Both the position numbers and the translations under genes were made by a program. Shown here in pieces: positions 1 through 6,528 of a DNA stretch of 52,603 nt. Position 1 is the stretch's first letter; each line of letters opens with the position of its first letter. A model generated the notes under the pieces. That model saw nothing but the letters and a program-made list of their open reading frames with translations, was not told the DNA's origin and did not search any database. The stretch is from a virus (lineage: Duplodnaviria > Caudoviricetes), in IMG/VR virus record IMGVR_UViG_3300048121_000820, positions 1-52,603 of that record; one strand, 5' to 3'.

Positions 1-195
1 GCCGACCAAATCGCCGCTAAACTAGCGCAAATCGATCGCTTTGAAAGAACCTACAAACCTAATGCAACAAGTAAATCTTGGCGTAAATGGTGTACCGATT
101 ATGAATACCGGAAACGCGAGTGGCAATTACGTCAGTCCGTAGCGAACAGTATAAAACCAAATACTAACTATTATAAAGAAAACACAATATTATGA
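1..195 (+). CDS. Hypothetical protein, 5'-truncated by window edge
   Basis: Frame 1 is open from base 1 (ADQIAAKLAQ...NTIL) to TGA 193-195, overlapping the next ATG (ATGA). Confidence 0.6.
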   Translation, partial: ADQIAAKLAQIDRFERTYKPNATSKSWRKWCTDYEYRKREWQLRQSVANSIKPNTNYYKENTIL

Positions 196-467
196 GATTA
201 ATTAAAGTAACCAAAGATGGGGCTCTACATTTTAAATTGAGTGATGGACGAATTGGCGCTACATACCCTAGCGGTTATGTAAGAGTATCTACCAAACAAG
301 ATAACTATTACCACAAAAAACCGTTAATGTACCAAATAAATAGACAAAAGAAAGATTGGTACGATCCGGGAAGTGAGTGGGGTTATAATACTTTAAGAGT
401 TTTAATACCTAATCATGCCGATCGAGTAAGAAGATTAATAGATTTTAACGAAGAAAACTGTAAATAA
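192..467 (+). CDS. Hypothetical early protein
   Basis: 91-aa ORF in a tightly packed co-oriented array; A-rich leader. Confidence 0.7.
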   Translation: MRLIKVTKDGALHFKLSDGRIGATYPSGYVRVSTKQDNYYHKKPLMYQINRQKKDWYDPGSEWGYNTLRVLIPNHADRVRRLIDFNEENCK

Positions 468-468
468 T

Positions 469-663
469 ATGAAATTAGATTTAAATAAAGTAGACAATCT
501 GGAATTCGATGGGATCGATTTCGCAGACTATCCGGACTTTGTAGATGCGTTCTTAGTAACCGCAGATTACGACGGAAAAGAAATGACTGAAGAACAAATT
601 GATTACCTTAACGATGAATACAGCGATTGGGTTTATGAGGAAGTGTATAACTCTATATTCTAA
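469..663 (+). CDS. Small, highly acidic hypothetical protein
   Basis: 64-aa, D/E-rich (DGIDFADYPDFVDA). Confidence 0.75.
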   Translation: MKLDLNKVDNLEFDGIDFADYPDFVDAFLVTADYDGKEMTEEQIDYLNDEYSDWVYEEVYNSIF

Positions 664-668
664 ACACT

Positions 669-836
669 ATGTATATAACAATATTAGATTTTAGCAGTGG
701 CCTCGTATCTCGCATAGAGGTGCTAGAGGGCATGAGTACCGAAGGATATGAAGAAGTAATTATTGACCGTGGGTTTAGGTTAAGTAACATCGAGTGGATG
801 TCACACACCGACCCGGAAATTTATGAATATGAGTAA
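669..836 (+). CDS. Hypothetical protein (55 aa, below ORF-track cutoff)
   Basis: Read manually: MYITILDFSSG...EIYEYE*, ATG 669, TAA 834-836; fills the gap exactly. Confidence 0.65.
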   Translation: MYITILDFSSGLVSRIEVLEGMSTEGYEEVIIDRGFRLSNIEWMSHTDPEIYEYE

Positions 837-1029
837 AATGAAACAACTAGACGAAATCGCAGAAGGTGTTGCGGACGTCACAATGGAATTAATGTATGAC
901 AGTGTAGATTGGCAACTGTCGGATTTTGAACAAGACGGCGATGACTACAATGCTATACACAGCGAAGTAATGTTCCGCGCTATCGAAAAAATGTGGTTCG
1001 AAATAAAAAAAGGATATCACGAAAAATGA
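823..1029 (+). CDS. Acidic hypothetical protein
   Basis: 68-aa ORF; the true start may be 829 or 838. Confidence 0.65.
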   Translation: MNMSKMKQLDEIAEGVADVTMELMYDSVDWQLSDFEQDGDDYNAIHSEVMFRAIEKMWFEIKKGYHEK

Positions 1030-1124
1030 AAGAATTTTATGACAACTTATGGTATACTTTTTATACCGGTATATTAGCTTTAGGTATATATATACTTATA
1101 TTGTGGAAAAACAAGAAGTTATAA
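1026..1124 (+). CDS. Small single-TM membrane peptide (32 aa)
   Basis: Read manually: MKEFYDNLWYTFYTGILALGIYILILWKNKKL*; ATGA overlap with the upstream stop; hydrophobic core and basic tail. Confidence 0.5.
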   Translation: MKEFYDNLWYTFYTGILALGIYILILWKNKKL

Positions 1125-1132
1125 GCGCAAAA

Positions 1133-1157
1133 TAAAAACGCACACCTGTAGATAATA
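1133..1157 (+). promoter_or_regulatory. Putative phage early promoter, copy 1 (TAAAAACG-N10-GATAATA)
   Basis: TAAAAACG cacacctgta GATAATA; intergenic; identical boxes and spacing recur four times. Confidence 0.75.
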
Positions 1158-1182
1158 TATATGAACAAAAAAATAAATAACT

Positions 1183-1371
1183 ATGTATTGTAGATGTGGA
1201 AATAAAGTACACCCAATCCGTTTAGATTTGGGATATAAAACGTGTGTGAAGTGTTCAACAACTAAAACATACTCGTATGTCCCGATCATTGAGCATAAAA
1301 CGGGTAATACAATACAAATTGTCAGCCAAGAGGTGAGCGCTTCAGTTCACCGAGCTTGGCGGCGTAAATAG
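1183..1371 (+). CDS. Small C4 zinc-finger protein (DksA/TraR-finger-like)
   Basis: CRCGNKVHPIRLDLGYKTCVKC resembles the CxxCG..I...RL.....CxxC pattern. Confidence 0.55.
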   Translation: MYCRCGNKVHPIRLDLGYKTCVKCSTTKTYSYVPIIEHKTGNTIQIVSQEVSASVHRAWRRK

Positions 1372-1449
1372 CTAGACGAGTAGCTTAATTAGGTTAAAGT
1401 AGGCGAGAACAGACACCTTGTAACTTTAACACATAAGTGAATTGCTAGC
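1371..1449 (+). ncRNA. Structured RNA hairpin unit 1
   Basis: Nested helices GCTAG/CTAGC, GCTTA/TAAGT, GTTAAAGT/ACTTTAAC and AGG/CCT in a non-coding gap. Confidence 0.6.
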
Positions 1450-1516
1450 ATAAGCAGTAGTAAGTATAAGTCAGGGTACACACCGGTAAATGACGTGCAT
1501 CTTATTACTGCTTTAT
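1450..1516 (+). ncRNA. Structured RNA hairpin unit 2
   Basis: 13-bp basal stem AAGCAGTAGTAAG/CTTATTACTGCTT (one G·U); inner GTCA/TGAC and GGT/ACC. Confidence 0.6.
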
Positions 1517-1596
1517 GGGCGTGAAATGGTTAGGTTGAGGTAGGCGTGCACACCTCGTAACTCTCAACAACGCAGGTTCGATTCCTGCCACGTCCA
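1517..1596 (+). ncRNA. tRNA-like RNA resembling an isolated tmRNA tRNA-like domain
   Basis: Acceptor stem GGGCGTG/CACGTCC with G3·U70; discriminator A1596; perfect T arm GCAGG-TTCGATT-CCTGC; no convincing D stem; long helix GTTGAG/CTCAAC replaces the anticodon arm; CCA not encoded (CTA). Confidence 0.7.
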
Positions 1597-1617
1597 CTAA
1601 TTTTAAAACTAAATAAT

Positions 1618-1821
1618 ATGAGTAAAACTAAATTTAACGGATTTGAAAAATGGCTTATCGAACAAGCGGTAACCGAATGGACTAGGCTTGCTGAAAACGA
1701 AGCAATTGAAGCGCAAAATAAAGGTATTAACCTAATATTTGCACCGGGTTATTTTGAAATGGTAAGCAAAGAATTGTTACATAAAGTAAATGGTATGACC
1801 TTAAAAAGATATGCCGATTAA
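1618..1821 (+). CDS. Hypothetical protein
   Basis: 67-aa ORF with A-rich leader (aaactaaataatATG). Confidence 0.7.
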   Translation: MSKTKFNGFEKWLIEQAVTEWTRLAENEAIEAQNKGINLIFAPGYFEMVSKELLHKVNGMTLKRYAD

Positions 1822-1843
1822 AAACGACAGAGTAAAGATAATA
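1819..1843 (+). promoter_or_regulatory. Putative phage early promoter, copy 2
   Basis: TAAAAACG acagagtaaa GATAATA. Confidence 0.75.
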
Positions 1844-1866
1844 TAATAAACTAAAAATAAATAATT

Positions 1867-2118
1867 ATGAGTAGACTAACAATTTATGAAAGGCTAAAGC
1901 CTGAAATCAAAGAAGCATTACATTCACCTTCTAACGACAAATACAAAGCAAGTGTTGATTCTATAGTTGAAGCGCTTTCAAGCACTACATTTTATAGTGA
2001 ATTAAAAATTAGCGACGTTAGCTCGCTATACACGTTCACCCATCTAGAATTCTATAAAATTTCTGCTTGGGATTTCAAATACGGCGAAAACATTTTAATA
2101 ACTAAATGTAATGAGTAG
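1867..2118 (+). CDS. Hypothetical protein
   Basis: 83-aa ORF directly after promoter copy 2. Confidence 0.7.
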   Translation: MSRLTIYERLKPEIKEALHSPSNDKYKASVDSIVEALSSTTFYSELKISDVSSLYTFTHLEFYKISAWDFKYGENILITKCNE

Positions 2119-2323
2119 TCAAGAACTACAAGAACGCGCAAGCAATAAAGCTTTCGCTAAGATCACTATGCTTGATTTCGATATCGACAAATTAAAAAGC
2201 GATATAAAGAATGAACTGTATGGTGGTCTTGATCGCGAGCAAATGAGTTTGCTATACACTGCAACTCTGCGTGAGCGTGAAGTATGGAATCATATCGCTA
2301 CAATAATAGAAACTAATAATTAA
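2111..2323 (+). CDS. Hypothetical protein
   Basis: 70-aa ORF overlapping the upstream stop. Confidence 0.65.
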   Translation: MSSQELQERASNKAFAKITMLDFDIDKLKSDIKNELYGGLDREQMSLLYTATLREREVWNHIATIIETNN

Positions 2324-2334
2324 TATATATACCA

Positions 2335-2691
2335 ATGACTAAAGAACAATTAGAATTAAAAGTAAAAGAGTTAACAGCGGCGTTAGCTCAATTTGAAACC
2401 GATCAACAAGAGCTAAATAAGCAACTTAATCAGGCAAAAGAAGACCTTGAAGACATTAACAAGCCTGTAATAACTAAAGAAATTCGTGAAGCTATGCGCC
2501 AACAGGTTTATGAAGCTGTAAGTAATTATAGCTTTGGCAATGTAGATAACTACGAGTATGACTTTGAAATTAACTATGATAACCGCATAGAGCTAAGCAA
2601 TCTAGAATTTAACTACACTGATGATCTCGAAGAAACTATATGCGACTATGTTGAATCAATATTTAAAGTACAAGATAATGACGAAGACTAA
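2335..2691 (+). CDS. Hypothetical coiled-coil/acidic protein
   Basis: 118 aa; heptad-like N-terminus and acidic C-terminus. Confidence 0.7.
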   Translation: MTKEQLELKVKELTAALAQFETDQQELNKQLNQAKEDLEDINKPVITKEIREAMRQQVYEAVSNYSFGNVDNYEYDFEINYDNRIELSNLEFNYTDDLEETICDYVESIFKVQDNDED

Positions 2692-2944
2692 AGAACAAAA
2701 AATACCTAAATGGTTTAAAGGTGTAATATACGACAAAGGTAGTGAAGTACTAAACGTTTTTAGCGGCGAACGCTATACACTTAACAACGTTGAGTTATCT
2801 ATGTACGATTTTATAATGGGTACTCAGTATGTAATGGAGGTTGCACCTAAAACAGTAACAGAAAAACAAATCAGTGAATTTCATAAAGCGCTTAATTGGT
2901 TTAGATCAAACAACACGGAAGCTTATATGATATTATTAGACTAA
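2678..2944 (+). CDS. Hypothetical protein
   Basis: ORF track gives 2621; ATG 2678 (MTKTKEQK) gives a typical short overlap and is preferred. Confidence 0.7.
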   Translation: MTKTKEQKIPKWFKGVIYDKGSEVLNVFSGERYTLNNVELSMYDFIMGTQYVMEVAPKTVTEKQISEFHKALNWFRSNNTEAYMILLD

Positions 2945-2948
2945 CATT

Positions 2949-3158
2949 ATGGCAAATATGAGTTATTGTCGCTTCGAAAATACGGCAAAAGATATGAGAG
3001 ACTGCATCTATGCTATCGAAGAGCGTGATGTATATGAGTTCAGTAGTTACGAGCTATCTGGATTTAAAGACGTGCTAGAATGTGCACGAGACATTGTAAA
3101 AATGGAAGATGACATTGAACGAATAATTGAATATTATGAATCTACTGACACAAAATAG
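2949..3158 (+). CDS. Hypothetical phage protein (MANMSYCRFENT type)
   Basis: 69-aa ORF whose N-terminal motif I recall from other phage small proteins. Confidence 0.7.
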   Translation: MANMSYCRFENTAKDMRDCIYAIEERDVYEFSSYELSGFKDVLECARDIVKMEDDIERIIEYYESTDTK

Positions 3159-3741
3159 TAAATTAAAAAAAACAAGTAAAGAACTCGGGCTCCGTGTGTT
3201 TAACTTCGGTATACCTGCATATAAATCTGCAAGCGGTAAGTTAACATGCCCTATGGCTGACGCATGCGTTAAATTCTGCTACGCCAAGAAAGGAGCCTAC
3301 ATCTGGTCTAACGTAAAACCCGCGTTTGAAAAGCGTTATGAGCTAACAAAGACAGACAACTTTGTTGAGGCTATGAACGCTGAAATACGTAAGAAGAAAC
3401 CTGACTACGTCAGAGTCCATGATAGCGGGGATTACTACTCACCTAAATATCTAAAAAAGTGGATCGAGATTGCTATACACAATCCGAACGTGAGGTTTTA
3501 CAGTTATACCAATATGATCGATATGTTGTTAAAAGCTTCATTACCAAGCAATTACGACATTATATTTAGCGATTCGGGTAAACAAAAACATTTAATAGAT
3601 GAAAGAAAACACAGACACACCAAAATATTTTCTAGTCATAGCGATCTTATACGCAACGGTTATATGGATGCTTCTAGTATTGACTTAATGGCTACAAAAT
3701 GGTTTAATAATACTAACAAAGTAGGATTAGTATTTCATTAG
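3127..3741 (+). CDS. Gp88-like protein (radical-SAM-like Cys cluster)
   Basis: NSKL...F.IPA...TCPMADACVKFCYA (CX5CX3C) and RVHDSGDY motifs; start may be 3136. Confidence 0.7.
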   Translation: MNIMNLLTQNSKLKKTSKELGLRVFNFGIPAYKSASGKLTCPMADACVKFCYAKKGAYIWSNVKPAFEKRYELTKTDNFVEAMNAEIRKKKPDYVRVHDSGDYYSPKYLKKWIEIAIHNPNVRFYSYTNMIDMLLKASLPSNYDIIFSDSGKQKHLIDERKHRHTKIFSSHSDLIRNGYMDASSIDLMATKWFNNTNKVGLVFH

Positions 3742-3750
3742 CATGCAAAA

Positions 3751-3775
3751 TAAAAACGAACAATAATAGATAATA
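3751..3775 (+). promoter_or_regulatory. Putative phage early promoter, copy 3
   Basis: (GCATGCAAAA)TAAAAACG aacaataata GATAATA. Confidence 0.75.
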
Positions 3776-3792
3776 CTATAAACAATGAAAAT

Positions 3793-4020
3793 ATGAAAAA
3801 CAATCTTGAATCAATAATGGTTGATTCCAGCGCTATATATAGTGCAGAATACAACAACAACGAAAATACTATGCTAGTATACTTTAATAACGATAGTATA
3901 TACAAATACCACGATATACCTCTTTTTTATTGGCGTGGGTTATTCGAATCAGAATCTAAAGGCAAATTTCTCAATAAGTTTATATTTAAAAACTTTAAAA
4001 CTGAGAGAATAGATCTATAA
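3793..4020 (+). CDS. KTSC-domain protein (single-stranded nucleic-acid binding)
   Basis: VDSSAI...YN.....L.VYF....IYKY.DIP......L..SESKGKFLN..I pattern. Confidence 0.8.
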   Translation: MKNNLESIMVDSSAIYSAEYNNNENTMLVYFNNDSIYKYHDIPLFYWRGLFESESKGKFLNKFIFKNFKTERIDL

Positions 4021-4310
4021 TGACGGATAAACAATTAGAAAAGTTAGCTACTCGTGTTGCTGAATTAGTTTTGACCGGTCTTATTGAAAAGCAAAAAGAA
4101 TGGGATCAACAATTCACTACAGACCTGAACGAATTAACACAAGATGGATTCGGTAATGCGAGATTAGTTAATGAGGAAGAGTTAATACTCGCTGAGATAG
4201 CTAGGCTTATGACCCTATTGTCATCTTATGAAGAAAATGAACAATACGAAAAAGCCGCTATAATACACAATAAACTAAAAATACTAGAAGACAAACTTAA
4301 TAAACTTTAA
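4020..4310 (+). CDS. Protein with C-terminal UVR (UvrB/UvrC) helical motif
   Basis: YEENEQYEKAAIIHNKLKIL. Confidence 0.6.
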   Translation: MTDKQLEKLATRVAELVLTGLIEKQKEWDQQFTTDLNELTQDGFGNARLVNEEELILAEIARLMTLLSSYEENEQYEKAAIIHNKLKILEDKLNKL

Positions 4311-4311
4311 T

Positions 4312-4803
4312 ATGAATATCTTTTATTTACACCCGGATCCAGCTAAAGCTGCTGGTTTTTTTTATGAAAAACACAAGGTTAAAATGATCTTAGAGTCAGC
4401 TCAAATGTTATGTACCGCACATCACGTATATAATAATGGCGATAATGTGCCATACAAAAAAGCGCACCTTAATCATCCAAGCACTATATGGGTAAGAGAC
4501 AGTATACACCATTACAATTGGTTGTACGATCACATGCTTGCATTAGGCAAAGAGTATACAGCTAGATACAATAAGCATCACCTTAGTATTGCTAAGTGTC
4601 GTGAAGCTTTAATGTACCCACCATCAGGTATGCCCGATAATGGATTTATCCAACCACCTCAATGTATGCCTGACGAATACAAAGAGCCTAGTAGCTTAAT
4701 AGCTTACTGGAATTATTACGAACAAGAAAAACATAAAGTAAGAAATAAAAATGAGAAGAAAATTATACGTCCATCTAACATCAACGAATTATGCGAATAT
4801 TAA
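4312..4803 (+). CDS. Pyrimidine-dimer DNA glycosylase/DenV-like protein
   Basis: MNIFYL.......HKVKMILESAQML...H.NHPS.IW....Y.WL......EY..RY motifs. Confidence 0.75.
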   Translation: MNIFYLHPDPAKAAGFFYEKHKVKMILESAQMLCTAHHVYNNGDNVPYKKAHLNHPSTIWVRDSIHHYNWLYDHMLALGKEYTARYNKHHLSIAKCREALMYPPSGMPDNGFIQPPQCMPDEYKEPSSLIAYWNYYEQEKHKVRNKNEKKIIRPSNINELCEY

Positions 4804-5012
4804 TACGAAGATACAAAAAGAACAGAAGAAAAGCAAAGCACGTAAGGTTTCTAGAAAATAGAATATCAATCTTGCATAACGAGATAGTAAAAGCGGCTTT
4901 CAAAAGCGAATATAGTTTTAATAAAAACATAACTATTTTTGGCGGCAACATAGAAAATAAAGCAAAGCTTTTAAAAAAGTACAACAGAAGATTAAAGATT
5001 TTAATCTACTAA
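4791..5012 (+). CDS. Basic hypothetical protein
   Basis: 73-aa K/R-rich ORF, co-oriented with neighbours. Confidence 0.5.
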   Translation: MRILIRRYKKNRRKAKHVRFLENRISILHNEIVKAAFKSEYSFNKNITIFGGNIENKAKLLKKYNRRLKILIY

Positions 5013-5051
5013 TACGACGATAGCTAATATATAATTAATAGTAAGAACCTA

Positions 5052-5678
5052 ATGTCACAATACGACCGAAATACCAAATACCTAGATAAGCATCGTATAA
5101 TATATAGGCAAAATCCTACAACCGACACACCAACAGAAACATTTGATTGGGGTTGGTTTTATAGAGAGGGTACGCATCAATGCTATACATTGTTTAATTC
5201 TCGCGCTAAAATAACCACATATAGAAGCCTCAAATGGCATTTGTATGTATTATGGTATCTTAATCCTCAATTGGATCAAGAGGGCTTTAATTCCATTGCT
5301 GAGCATGTATGCAATAAGCAAGCAGGATTTGTGACATTCAAGGTATCAAATCAATTGCTGCAAAGCATGGTATATGATGTTTCACTTATGGATCTTGAAA
5401 GACCACCACCTAATAAATTACGTAAAGTTATATTCAAAGACTTCACAGGTTTAGATATGCGACAAAAGCTATCTATAGTAGGCAAGCTAGTCGGTAGATC
5501 TAAAATATCTGAAAGCGAAATATACGATGCGATGCTACTTATAAATGATAGCCAAATTAAAATAACGGTTGCAAGGCTTGCTGAGGCACTTAAATGTTCA
5601 ACAAGAACTATATATCGTAATATGAGTAACGAACTTAAAAAAGAAAAAGAATTACTTAATAATCAAATAAAAGATTAG
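5052..5678 (+). CDS. DNA-binding protein with C-terminal HTH
   Basis: ITVARLAEALKCSTRTIYRNM is a typical HTH. Confidence 0.7.
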   Translation: MSQYDRNTKYLDKHRIIYRQNPTTDTPTETFDWGWFYREGTHQCYTLFNSRAKITTYRSLKWHLYVLWYLNPQLDQEGFNSIAEHVCNKQAGFVTFKVSNQLLQSMVYDVSLMDLERPPPNKLRKVIFKDFTGLDMRQKLSIVGKLVGRSKISESEIYDAMLLINDSQIKITVARLAEALKCSTRTIYRNMSNELKKEKELLNNQIKD

Positions 5679-5689
5679 AGCATGCGTAA

Positions 5690-5714
5690 TAAAAACGACA
5701 CTATTTAGATAATA
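5690..5714 (+). promoter_or_regulatory. Putative phage early promoter, copy 4 (upstream of sigma gene)
   Basis: (GCATGCGTAA)TAAAAACG acactattta GATAATA, 5 nt before ATG 5720. Confidence 0.75.
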
Positions 5715-5719
5715 TAAAT

Positions 5720-6478
5720 ATGAAAAAATACAATATACAAAACTACATAAGATACAAAGAGGATTTAAAAGTTTCTATATGTAATCTTGAGGGTAAGTTT
5801 TACGATGAATATACCAGGGATGAGTTGATTGTAAGGTTCATGCCGCTTGTGGAAAACTTGGCGCGTAAATTTTCAACTACACAGCAAGCCTCAGGTGTCC
5901 TTAGTATTAATGATCTTATACAAGAAGGTAATAAAGGATTGATTTTAGCCGTAGACAAATTAGATTGGGCAATGATAGATGAGTCGCCAGATGTTGAAAA
6001 AACATTAAAAAGTTTTTTTAGCAAAAGAATTAAGGGAGCTATAAGACGCGCAATAGATATTAACAGAGGGGATATACGTATACCAGAACATAAACTAAAT
6101 GAAATACGTAAAAACCCTAAAGATCAAAAAATTGTTGCGATGTTTTTTAATTCTGTGTTTTCTAGTATAGATGAAAACTTTAATAATGAAGAAGAAGACC
6201 CTATATATCAAATAGCGGATAAATCAGAACCATATAATATACAAATACTTAATATTTATTTGAAAGGTTTAATGAAAAAATATTTAACACCAATTGAATA
6301 TGAAGTGTTGAGGCTATCATATGGTTTAGACTGCGAAAAACATTCTGCAAACTATATAGCAAACAAGTTAAATATAAATGTTAGCACCGCAAACGTGCGT
6401 GTTTCACAAATAAAAAGAGAAGCTATTGATAGACTTATCGCTAATACTGACGCAAATCAAGTGATTGATTATCTTTAA
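5720..6478 (+). CDS. Phage sigma-70 family RNA polymerase sigma factor
   Basis: Region 2 (PLVENLARKF...DLIQEGNKGLILAVDK...IKGAIRRAI...IRIPEH) and region 4 (EYEVLRLSYGL...IANKLNI...RVSQIKREAI). Confidence 0.85.
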   Translation: MKKYNIQNYIRYKEDLKVSICNLEGKFYDEYTRDELIVRFMPLVENLARKFSTTQQASGVLSINDLIQEGNKGLILAVDKLDWAMIDESPDVEKTLKSFFSKRIKGAIRRAIDINRGDIRIPEHKLNEIRKNPKDQKIVAMFFNSVFSSIDENFNNEEEDPIYQIADKSEPYNIQILNIYLKGLMKKYLTPIEYEVLRLSYGLDCEKHSANYIANKLNINVSTANVRVSQIKREAIDRLIANTDANQVIDYL

Positions 6479-6489
6479 TTTATAAACAA

Positions 6490-6504
6490 AATGTGTAATT
6501 ATAT
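6490..6504 (+). promoter_or_regulatory. Candidate middle/late promoter (AATGTGTAATWATAT)
   Basis: 14/15 match to the minus-strand element at 28142-28156; both lie in gaps just before gene blocks. Confidence 0.4.
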
Positions 6505-6528
6505 TAATATACCAAAACCACAAACCAT

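Noticed and set aside
1517-1596. Canonical tRNA-Ala(UGC), since TGC lies at 1547-1549 and G3·U70 is present
   Set aside because: No convincing D stem, no 5-bp stem with a 7-nt loop around TGC and no U33; the equivalent loop in unit 1 is unrelated. Kept as tRNA-like only.
1371-1596. Full-length or two-piece tmRNA, or a known self-cleaving ribozyme
   Set aside because: There is no room for a tag ORF between the acceptor strands, the order is not permuted, and I could not match hammerhead, twister or pistol cores by eye.
5008-5045. Fifth copy of the early promoter (TAATACG...GCTAATA)
   Set aside because: Both boxes are mismatched and the spacing is not 10 nt.
1133-5714. CRISPR array or mini-array from the repeated motif
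   Set aside because: The copies are hundreds to thousands of bases apart, separated by genes, and have a variable centre.
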